A stretch of DNA of 64,000 bases, taken from positions 1 through 64,000 of IMG/VR virus record IMGVR_UViG_3300033066_001283; one strand, written 5' to 3'. Source of the stretch: a virus. Lineage: Duplodnaviria > Caudoviricetes. Shown in pieces: positions 27,269 through 35,238 of this stretch. The stretch's first letter is position 1; every line of letters begins with the position of its first letter. Under the pieces are notes generated by a model, which saw nothing but the letters and a program-made list of their open reading frames with translations, ran no database searches and had not been told where the DNA came from. Made by a program: the position numbers and the translations under genes.

Positions 27269-27998
27269 ATTTAGGTGGAGTGTACACTCCACTCCTTTTC
27301 AAAGAATTTACAATTGTTTTAGATACAACATTATATCTTTCAGCAAGTTCAAGAGGAGAGTACCCCTGCAAAAATAATTCTTTTATCACAGAGTCTTCGG
27401 ACTTTATTTTAGATACTTTTCCCGATTTAGATCTAGATAATCTAAGATTATATCCACCAGTTCTATTTAAAGAATTTCTGATTGATGTGTAACTCACTTT
27501 GAATTTTTCACATAAAGCTTTAATTTGTACTCCTGTATTGTATAAACAACGAACTATATCATCATCTTCAGCCGTAAGTTTACTTCTAGAAAGCTTTTGA
27601 TCCAGTGTCATGGGAATTCCTTTATTACTTGATGGAATTCCTAGCTTTGCTCTACTGCACTTTTTCCTATGTGAGTCAGAATTTTTACACCCTTGTCTAG
27701 ATGCTCTAGCCTCAGTACAAATATTCATAGATAAGATGTCATTTTTATACTCTTGTAATAATTCATACTCAATCTGAATTACTTCTGATTCGTTGCAGTA
27801 CTTAAGTATTTCAAAAACGAAAGACTCTTCCCCATATTTATTATAGCATCTTTGCATATGGAAATTGAAATGTCTATTACATCTAAGACTGCGTAAGTGC
27901 TCATGAAATCTGTTACTAATATTTCTAGATTGGCCAATATAGAACCTATCATTTTTAGTACATGTAATTTTGTACACTCCACAATTATTTTGTATCAT
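27261..27998 (-). mobile_element. free-standing GIY-YIG homing endonuclease (NUMOD3-like plus tandem HTH-like repeats)
   Basis: GVYKI...FYIGQS..I..R...H...L, KYGEESF.F; two LY/LF..G.....L...F/Y.VS...I.NSL.R repeats. Confidence 0.9.
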
Positions 27999-28653
27999 AT
28001 TCCTCTCTTACAGTTCTTAATACTTCACCCATTCCCGCTAACATTTGATCTGGATCTTTTACTAATCCTAAGGACCCATTAGTTAGATGTTGAACAACTG
28101 ATTTTCCAACTAGAGCGTGTCTAGAGTTAACACGCTTAAGACAATCTTGCATATGATCATCCGCACACCAGAACAAGAAGCGTTCATCTAATGGTAGTAT
28201 TTTATTTAAACTCTCTCTTTTAAATACTAAATTCCAGCCTGTAAATAAACTTCCTGTTCCGTACCCTTCATGGACCTGATTAGAATCAAGATTAACATGT
28301 TGAAACCAACCTGGATTATATGGTGAAGCAGAATCTAAGTTATGTTCCTGCATTGCCTTGTATATTTCTGTAAACCAATGCTTGTGGAATATTACATCAT
28401 TATTACTGATAATCAAATATGGAGTATCTGAGTACTTAAAGCCAATATTTAAGAAGCGATTATAATTAAACTCTTCATTGGGGATAATGATCTTGGCTGG
28501 ATACTTATGTGAAGTATGGGGATTAGTTTCTACTACTATTGGATTAAACTTGAATTCTGTTTCTGAAGCAAGCAATGTATTAATAGCTTGCATAGTCAAG
28601 TTATAATAATGTTCATTAGCAGTATTAGCTAGAAATATGCAATCTACTTTCAT
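27985..28653 (-). CDS. GT2-family glycosyltransferase (target of the GIY-YIG insertion)
   Basis: IVVETN, FNYNRFLNIG, ISNNDVIF, LDERFLFWCADD. Confidence 0.85.
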   Translation of the reverse strand: MKVDCIFLANTANEHYYNLTMQAINTLLASETEFKFNPIVVETNPHTSHKYPAKIIIPNEEFNYNRFLNIGFKYSDTPYLIISNNDVIFHKHWFTEIYKAMQEHNLDSASPYNPGWFQHVNLDSNQVHEGYGTGSLFTGWNLVFKRESLNKILPLDERFLFWCADDHMQDCLKRVNSRHALVGKSVVQHLTNGSLGLVKDPDQMLAGMGEVLRTVREEYDTK

Positions 28654-28979
28654 GGAATAGGAACTGTGTAAGTGCTAGAAGTATTACTAGTAGTATACGT
28701 AATACTTGTACCATAATAATTATAGTATGGTGAAGCAGTGGTGCTTATATTGATTGGAGAATAAGGCTGGTATTGAATTCTATTAAATGCGGTCATTGGA
28801 ATAACAAAATTCTTCTTTTGCTTAAAATCAATTCTCACTTCTTCACTTAAATAGAGCTTCTTGTGAAGTGTATACATTTCACAATAGTAAGTATAATTCT
28901 CAGTATCTAAGAAAATATACTTATAGGGCATAGTACCAAACTTAGGGTTGATAGGTGTTAAAAATTTAGGTAGTTTCAT
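28650..28979 (-). CDS. hypothetical protein
   Basis: ATGA-coupled ORF. Confidence 0.5.
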   Translation of the reverse strand: MKLPKFLTPINPKFGTMPYKYIFLDTENYTYYCEMYTLHKKLYLSEEVRIDFKQKKNFVIPMTAFNRIQYQPYSPINISTTASPYYNYYGTSITYTTSNTSSTYTVPIP

Positions 28980-29728
28980 AGTTCTTGATAAATTGGGTTG
29001 TTTCTATTAACTACCCTTTCATTCTCCTTAATATAACCAGCAACATCTTCTCCGTGTATAGAACTGATAAATTCATTTATGGGATTTAGTGGAGGATTAG
29101 TTTTCTTCCAGTTATAATCTATGTCTATGGTGTAGATATATTTCTCAACCTCAATTGGTGCAAGATATTTACCATTAGGTGTTAATCCTGCTGCATGTGC
29201 CCTCATAGAGTATTCAGCATGTTCAAAACCATATGTGCCAAACTCTTTATTATATCCTCCAATTGTATCCACCACTCTTTTAGAGAAGAATAGGCATACT
29301 CCCATACAATTATCAAACATCTTAATTCCAAGGGAACTATTTCTAGCAAGTTCATGAAGATCACCAATAACTGTTAAATACATTAGATGTTCATTCTTAC
29401 TCTTTCTAGCTGTTTGAATAAATAAATTTTCCCAACCTTTTCTCATTGGAAAAGCATCATCATCAAATGAGAAGATATAATCACAATCTTTAAGATGCTC
29501 TAAGCAAACATTCTTATTCTTAGCTATACCTAATCTTGAATCAGATTTAAAGTAACTATCTTCTAGACCATACTTCTGTATAACTGGTAGATTGTTCTTA
29601 TCTTCATCAGAGTTATCATCAGCAATACAATACTTAATATCATAACTAGAGTATGTCTTAAAATGGTTTAATGCCATATCTAAAACATCTGGTCTATTTC
29701 TAGTTGTTATTCCTACTCCTATCTTCAT
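28976..29728 (-). CDS. GT2-family glycosyltransferase
   Basis: GITTRNRP, ADDNS, GIAKNKN, FDDD, GGY...FG.YGFEH. Confidence 0.85.
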   Translation of the reverse strand: MKIGVGITTRNRPDVLDMALNHFKTYSSYDIKYCIADDNSDEDKNNLPVIQKYGLEDSYFKSDSRLGIAKNKNVCLEHLKDCDYIFSFDDDAFPMRKGWENLFIQTARKSKNEHLMYLTVIGDLHELARNSSLGIKMFDNCMGVCLFFSKRVVDTIGGYNKEFGTYGFEHAEYSMRAHAAGLTPNGKYLAPIEVEKYIYTIDIDYNWKKTNPPLNPINEFISSIHGEDVAGYIKENERVVNRNNPIYQEL

Positions 29729-30393
29729 AAATCCTTCTTCTTCATAAACATATCTGCTGTAAATACTACTGAATAATTTATTGGGAGCTTATACTTCTTC
29801 GAAGCGTGTTCAGCAATAGTTCTTACAGTATTATTTAGGTTAACATGGTAGTAATCTGAGGTCTGATTGCAATCAACAATAATTGTATCTTTACCTCCTT
29901 TCAACATACAGAATTTTACTGAATGTTCAAATCTAGGTGTAAGATTCATTTTAATTGTTTTAAAATTATCTTGCGTCAGATTGCTATTAATAATATAGCC
30001 AATATCTGGAGTTTCTATTCCTCTAACCATAGTTTCATATGTAGAATAGGGAAAATCTAAACAACTATTCCAGATCTTATAAGCTAAGGCATAGTTGGTT
30101 ACAATAACCGGACCTTTATTCCTAAGGCTATCTATCTCATCTACGTGCTCTAGCATGTGCGCCCCATAAATATGTGCCCACCAATGTGGAAAGGCCTCTA
30201 CGGAGCTTGTAGAGGCAAATAAACTACTATACAGTAATCGACCAGTGTTTGTAGAGAAAGATGGGAGCTCGATCCATGAGCCACTTAACATAGAAGCTAA
30301 TGCTGGAGCAATAATTCTCTTGCCACAATCAATAGGACCTAAGACTTCTATTAAAGGAAATCTACTCTTCCGTTTCTTCAGTCCCACTATCAT
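29725..30393 (-). CDS. thymidylate kinase-like P-loop protein (divergent)
   Basis: IEVLGPIDCGK, P...T.TG, V..NY (in place of DRY), PD..Y. Confidence 0.55.
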   Translation of the reverse strand: MIVGLKKRKSRFPLIEVLGPIDCGKRIIAPALASMLSGSWIELPSFSTNTGRLLYSSLFASTSSVEAFPHWWAHIYGAHMLEHVDEIDSLRNKGPVIVTNYALAYKIWNSCLDFPYSTYETMVRGIETPDIGYIINSNLTQDNFKTIKMNLTPRFEHSVKFCMLKGGKDTIIVDCNQTSDYYHVNLNNTVRTIAEHASKKYKLPINYSVVFTADMFMKKKDL

Positions 30394-30733
30394 GTACTTC
30401 TGGAGAATCAGTAACTTTTAATACTGTCCTAGTTTTCCTTCTAGGTCCTGGTTTATTCTTAGGAATACGTCTAGTTGGTACGTATTCAATGTGAACCACT
30501 CTTCCAACAATCCATTGTCTATGAACAGGAGACAAAATATATCTATCTCCTGTTAGACAAATGAGAGTTAAGGCAGCTTTTCCATCAGTAATATCAAGAA
30601 TAGCCCGTGGCCTTTCTTTTCTAGTATCTCTGATAAACTTCTTAATAGTTCTAGAAGTTGAATCTAAGATAGCAAGAACTTGTTCAGTTAAAACGTAGTT
30701 CTCAAAACCTACGTGTAGAGTCGGTGTGATCAT
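30362..30733 (-). CDS. remA: RemA/DUF370-like DNA-binding regulator
   Basis: LHVGFENYV....LAIL...S..IKK.I......ILD.T.GK...TLI......ILSPV matches the RemA pattern IGFGN.V..RI.AI...SAPIKR...LIDAT.GR..R.VI...VILSA. Confidence 0.75.
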   Translation of the reverse strand: MITPTLHVGFENYVLTEQVLAILDSTSRTIKKFIRDTRKERPRAILDITDGKAALTLICLTGDRYILSPVHRQWIVGRVVHIEYVPTRRIPKNKPGPRRKTRTVLKVTDSPEVHDSGTEETEE

Positions 30734-31164
30734 TCAATACGACCAAGTAACTCCTTCATTTCTGGATTAACTGCAATCTGTTCAATGGTCTCTTCTAATT
30801 GGAGCTTGCCCATTGATGAGAAGTTAGCAAGTTGCTCAATTGCTTTATGAATATTATTATGCTTTTGAGTAACATTATCAATATCGATAGACTGTCCTTC
30901 AGCATCCGGATGAGCAAAAGAAGTTCTTTTAATTTGCTGAATAGAAACCACAGCGTGCTGTAGATCAGGTTGAAACTCGGCTTCAGGTATATATCCTCCT
31001 ATGTTGTAATTGGGTGAAACTCTATTTTCACACACCTCACATTCTAAACTGTGTGGGTCATATAATTGACATTTCTTTGTAAGAATGCATAAATGACAGC
31101 GAGGGCATTTAGAAATTCTAGAACTATCGTAGAAAGTTCCCTTTAATAAATTAGGAGTCTCCAT
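30730..31164 (-). CDS. hypothetical Cys-rich (putative Zn-binding) protein
   Basis: CPRCHLC....C........CEVC. Confidence 0.55.
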   Translation of the reverse strand: METPNLLKGTFYDSSRISKCPRCHLCILTKKCQLYDPHSLECEVCENRVSPNYNIGGYIPEAEFQPDLQHAVVSIQQIKRTSFAHPDAEGQSIDIDNVTQKHNNIHKAIEQLANFSSMGKLQLEETIEQIAVNPEMKELLGRIE

Positions 31165-31590
31165 TTAAAGTTCCTGTGTTTCACCAGTATCTAAAATATG
31201 TTCAATCTTATTATTAAGTTCTGATAATTCTATCAGTCTTTCTCTAATACGATCTGATAACCATAAATAGTCTACTGCCAATGTATCAAGCATTTCTACA
31301 GGTACTCGATCTAGTTCATCTCTATACCCCATCAATGTTTCTACTTCACCTGTAATAAACTGCTCAAGCACTTTCCAGTGCAACAAGGATTTATTCTCAA
31401 TAGTAGTATCTAGTATCTCTTTAACAAACTCTTCAGTTTTCTCTGATAGCTCTGAACAGATTGCTCTAGTACTAACAAGCTTTTCATCACGATTTTCTTT
31501 AGTCCATGTAGAAGGGTCTAAAGCTTCTGAGAATCTTTCACGGAAGTAATCTTGTGCCTTTTCTGTTAACAAATCATCTAATGATCTCAT
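31165..31590 (-). CDS. hypothetical acidic helical protein
   Basis: ORF in a co-directional array. Confidence 0.55.
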   Translation of the reverse strand: MRSLDDLLTEKAQDYFRERFSEALDPSTWTKENRDEKLVSTRAICSELSEKTEEFVKEILDTTIENKSLLHWKVLEQFITGEVETLMGYRDELDRVPVEMLDTLAVDYLWLSDRIRERLIELSELNNKIEHILDTGETQEL

Positions 31591-32195
31591 AATTCAACTC
31601 CATTAATTTTAGCAAGAAGATTAGCCTGCATTATAATTGTTCTCTGTTCATTAATACCTAGGCCTGCTAGATCAATGATCATAGTCTTATAGGGTTCATA
31701 AGCTACTATATCACCTTCTGCAACTTGAAATGGAATCTTATTACCACTCATACTTGAGTATCCTAAGCCTACCTTTTTGACTCGAGCAATATTTGGAGCA
31801 GACCTAACTGTCTCAGTAAGTATAATTCCACCCTTTGATTCTGTAGGAGGATCAATCTTTTCTATTTCAACATAACTACCCAAAGGCTGTAATTCCATTT
31901 TATCCATATCCATTTTTGCAAGTAAATCTAAGAACGATGCAGTATTAATAGTCTCTTCTTTAACAGTGTCCATATCAATAGCATAATTACCATGTGCCAT
32001 TACATAAACAGTGTCACCCTCTTTAACATCAGGTGGAATTAAGTTACCATCAATATCGTATGCACCTGGGCCAGCAGAGATAACAGTACCCCATCTAGGA
32101 GTCTTTTCTAGAATCTCAGTAATAAGAATTCCATCTTTCTCTGGGGGCTTTATCATCTCAAAAACTACGTAATTATTTAGTGCTTCAACTTTCAT
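31587..32195 (-). CDS. groES: co-chaperonin with two tandem GroES domains
   Basis: domain 1 ALNNYVV..GILI..GTVISAGPG..PPDVKEGDTV..DLLAK; domain 2 QPLGSYV..SKGGIIL..VKKVGLG..QVAEGDIV..NLLAK. Confidence 0.88.
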   Translation of the reverse strand: MKVEALNNYVVFEMIKPPEKDGILITEILEKTPRWGTVISAGPGAYDIDGNLIPPDVKEGDTVYVMAHGNYAIDMDTVKEETINTASFLDLLAKMDMDKMELQPLGSYVEIEKIDPPTESKGGIILTETVRSAPNIARVKKVGLGYSSMSGNKIPFQVAEGDIVAYEPYKTMIIDLAGLGINEQRTIIMQANLLAKINGVEL

Positions 32196-32466
32196 TATTT
32201 AAATTGTAGCTATAAATATCAAAAACTCTTGAACCAGATTCCATCTTGACTTTATTCTTAAGAGGCTTGGAGAATAGAGAGTAGTTAGTGAAAGATAAAT
32301 AGGTATACGATAAACTAGTATCAAACACCATAGATTTATTTATATTAGTAATAAAAAGCCTTAGTTGATTAGAATGTGTAAGTAACTTAGTTAACGCATT
32401 CATATTACTAATATTATACTGCTTTGAATATGGTTTATTATTCCTGCTCTGTATCTGTATTATCAC
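32185..32466 (-). CDS. hypothetical protein
   Basis: ORF in array. Confidence 0.45.
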   Translation of the reverse strand: MIIQIQSRNNKPYSKQYNISNMNALTKLLTHSNQLRLFITNINKSMVFDTSLSYTYLSFTNYSLFSKPLKNKVKMESGSRVFDIYSYNLNNES

Positions 32467-32731
32467 GTTTCTTCTTTGGTCGTGCTGGCTGCATAAGATG
32501 CCTATTATATAGAAAGCCAGATAGTAAAATTAAAGTCTCTTTAGGTAATGAGGTAGATAAAATAACTTCTAATAATGCTGCATCTCTATACGGAGAGTGT
32601 TCAGCTGTATTAGTAACCATAACCATCTGTGGAGATTTTCTATCTCCTCTGATAATACAAGTATCAGCTAAAGGAAACTTAGGTGTATCATCATCCGGGA
32701 AATCAGATAACATCTCATCAAATTCTTCCAT
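32438..32731 (-). CDS. hypothetical protein
   Basis: GGAG SD, TAATG coupling. Confidence 0.55.
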   Translation of the reverse strand: MEEFDEMLSDFPDDDTPKFPLADTCIIRGDRKSPQMVMVTNTAEHSPYRDAALLEVILSTSLPKETLILLSGFLYNRHLMQPARPKKKRDNTDTEQE

Positions 32732-33078
32732 TAGATCTCCGTATAGGAAAAATTCCTACCACCTGCCATAACAATAGCCTTAATCTGTAAAGCTACTCCA
32801 TCTGGAAGCTCAATCAAATCTCGCCAACTATCAAATCCATATCTCTGATCATCCCTTTCAAAGAAGGGTGAATCTGGAAGCCAATCAGTAATTTCTTCCT
32901 CAGATGCATATTTTTTCTTATCTGGATCGTAGGTAGAGAAATTAAGCCATAGCTGTGGTTTTCTTACATCATTGTACTTAATTTTAAGACTAATTGAGTC
33001 ACCAATTGAGGTACGTTCACTAACGAGATTATTAACGATTTCTAACCAACTTCTTTGGTCAAACGTATGTTTCTTCAT
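32731..33078 (-). CDS. hypothetical protein
   Basis: ORF in array. Confidence 0.55.
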   Translation of the reverse strand: MKKHTFDQRSWLEIVNNLVSERTSIGDSISLKIKYNDVRKPQLWLNFSTYDPDKKKYASEEEITDWLPDSPFFERDDQRYGFDSWRDLIELPDGVALQIKAIVMAGGRNFSYTEI

Positions 33079-33562
33079 AATAATTCTTAATCTGATTTAC
33101 ACTATCTAAATATTCTTTTTTGGTCAAGTTAAGATGCTTACAGATATCAGACTTCTTTTCTCCCCTACTGAGGAGGGATGCAACTTGATTAGCAGTCTTA
33201 CTTCCAAAGTCTGTGGGAATATCTGAATGATCTTTAATGGGTAATTCGACTCGATCACGATCCATATATCTACCCACTCTCTTAGTATGATCTAACAATC
33301 TTCCTCTAATACAGATCTTCAAGTAATTAAAGATCCTTTTATTAGAAGGATTATCGATCTTCTGTTTAAGACGTGAGAAACACATCAATCGCAAGTCCTG
33401 AATCAAATCATCTTTTTCTTCAGTACGATAATAGATTGGCAAGGTCTTAAATTTCTGCATAGAGAAATAGATAATTTTATCTATCATATTTCTCATCTCT
33501 TCATCATACTCTTTAGGATTCTCGTGCCATTTTGTATATAAGTGAAATAAATCTTCTCTCAT
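33059..33562 (-). CDS. sigma-factor-like transcription protein with C-terminal HTH
   Basis: DDLIQDL (region 2.2-like), FNYLKICIRGRLLDH (region 2.4-like), GEKKSDICKHLNLT HTH. Confidence 0.55.
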   Translation of the reverse strand: MREDLFHLYTKWHENPKEYDEEMRNMIDKIIYFSMQKFKTLPIYYRTEEKDDLIQDLRLMCFSRLKQKIDNPSNKRIFNYLKICIRGRLLDHTKRVGRYMDRDRVELPIKDHSDIPTDFGSKTANQVASLLSRGEKKSDICKHLNLTKKEYLDSVNQIKNYYEETYV

Positions 33563-33579
33563 AGAAATAAATACACACC

Positions 33580-34671
33580 TTAACTGACAGATATAACAGA
33601 ACCAGTAATTAATGGGCTATTTGTTGCATTTGTTGAAGTTAAAGTAATGGTAGCTTTATTACCAACCTTACTAATATTAAGTAAAGAAAGGTCTGAGGGA
33701 TCTTTACCTCTTAAAAATACATTACCTAATGTTCTATTGTAGGGATCTTTCAACACTAGAGTCGCAGTATTACCAAATTCATAATGATAAAGCTTTACTC
33801 TTTTAACCCCAACATAGTTAGCAGAAGAAGGTTTAAGACCAAAGCATAGTTGAGATATTGGATCTCCTGATAACATCAATCTAATTGGTCCAGCTTTCTT
33901 TACCGTTAGTGATGAAGTATCATACCCTGGTAAATAGCTTAAATCTAAGCTATACCAAGTTCCTGTATTAGAGTCACCTAACTTCTGGTACCAAACACCC
34001 TTAAGCTCACAATCAAATGCAGGGAATGGCCAAATCTCTAATATGTTAGGATTGAGGCCTCTAAATTGCAAAGGAACCTTAATCTTAAACCAAGAGGTTG
34101 AACTAGTACTCCCAGGCTGAATAAATAACTGCTCCTCTTTCAACATATATACTCCATCATCATTAGCCTGGAATGTATCAATACTAATAGATGAAGGAGA
34201 AGTAGCAGTAGATTGAGCATAGCTTACTTCTATCTCTGGAGATACAATCTTATTCCCATAAACATCTGTCTGAACAATTAGATCAGTAGAGGATGAAATA
34301 GGTAGTAATGCTTGACCAAAGATCTGACTAATATCAGCTGTAGAAGTATTATCCACATAATTAGAGCTATGTATTGAAGCTAGTATCTGAGTATATCCTG
34401 AAGCTGCATCAACTCTAGTAGATAAACTAGTCAGTGTTGCATTTAGGGCTCCTGATTGTGCAATAGCTGCATTCTCAATTCTTAATGATCTTGTAGCTAA
34501 AATATTAGATCTTGTAGCAAGAAGACTAATATCACCACTCACAGCATTAAAGAATCTATTTAGTACATTACTATTACTAGATCCTCCCGCTTTAATCTTA
34601 GGAGTGTCAGCACTTTCAACTAAGAAGTTTGCACTCTGAAATGAAATTCTATCAAATCTGTTTATATTCAT
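33580..34671 (-). CDS. putative virion structural protein
   Basis: N-terminal helix plus S/T-rich beta region; end of the structural operon. Confidence 0.5.
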   Translation of the reverse strand: MNINRFDRISFQSANFLVESADTPKIKAGGSSNSNVLNRFFNAVSGDISLLATRSNILATRSLRIENAAIAQSGALNATLTSLSTRVDAASGYTQILASIHSSNYVDNTSTADISQIFGQALLPISSSTDLIVQTDVYGNKIVSPEIEVSYAQSTATSPSSISIDTFQANDDGVYMLKEEQLFIQPGSTSSTSWFKIKVPLQFRGLNPNILEIWPFPAFDCELKGVWYQKLGDSNTGTWYSLDLSYLPGYDTSSLTVKKAGPIRLMLSGDPISQLCFGLKPSSANYVGVKRVKLYHYEFGNTATLVLKDPYNRTLGNVFLRGKDPSDLSLLNISKVGNKATITLTSTNATNSPLITGSVISVS

Positions 34672-35234
34672 TCATACCACCTCACATCAATACCTTTTAT
34701 TAATAACCATTCTTTAAACTCAATTTGTTCTCTTATGTAATTATACAAGATAATATCAGCAGATGTTGGATAGATATCTGCTTCAGCAATAGCTAAATAA
34801 TTCCAAGATGTTAACAATGTTTGAAATAGACTGTTACAATTAACAATAGTTTGCTGCATTAAATAGTTAAATTTTGTAGATTCTCTATGGCCATTATATC
34901 TATGATTCCAACGAACAAAAGTATTACGTAAGCTGTTGTCTCTAGTACTTTGCTGATAATTTAAATACTGAAGACTTGCAGAATACCTAGTTAATGTGTC
35001 AGGAAGAACTGGGCCACCATCTAGACCGGCAGATCCCTTTCCCCCACCTGAACCAGTTCCATCACTAGAACCAGTTCCTGCACTAGCTCCTCCACCAATA
35101 GAGTTAGTTCCTCCAAATCCTCCACCACCAAATAATGATCCACCAATCAGTGTTCCAGAACCTAAATCATTCTGAAAGCCTACGGCTGTTACTGGGTCTG
35201 CTCCATAATCAACTGGGGTTTCTTCGTATGGCAT
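34668..35234 (-). CDS. Gly-rich putative virion protein
   Basis: G/S/T low-complexity linker; YNGHRES.KFN motif. Confidence 0.5.
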   Translation of the reverse strand: MPYEETPVDYGADPVTAVGFQNDLGSGTLIGGSLFGGGGFGGTNSIGGGASAGTGSSDGTGSGGGKGSAGLDGGPVLPDTLTRYSASLQYLNYQQSTRDNSLRNTFVRWNHRYNGHRESTKFNYLMQQTIVNCNSLFQTLLTSWNYLAIAEADIYPTSADIILYNYIREQIEFKEWLLIKGIDVRWYE

Positions 35235-35238
35235 TAAT

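Noticed and set aside
27261-27998. Group I intron or IS element with target-site duplication
   Set aside because: No non-coding core and no transposase; the duplicated segment is ~100 bp and diverged at synonymous sites, unlike a short exact TSD.
35010-35165. Tandem DNA repeat
   Set aside because: Explained by Gly/Ser/Thr low-complexity coding in 34668..35234.
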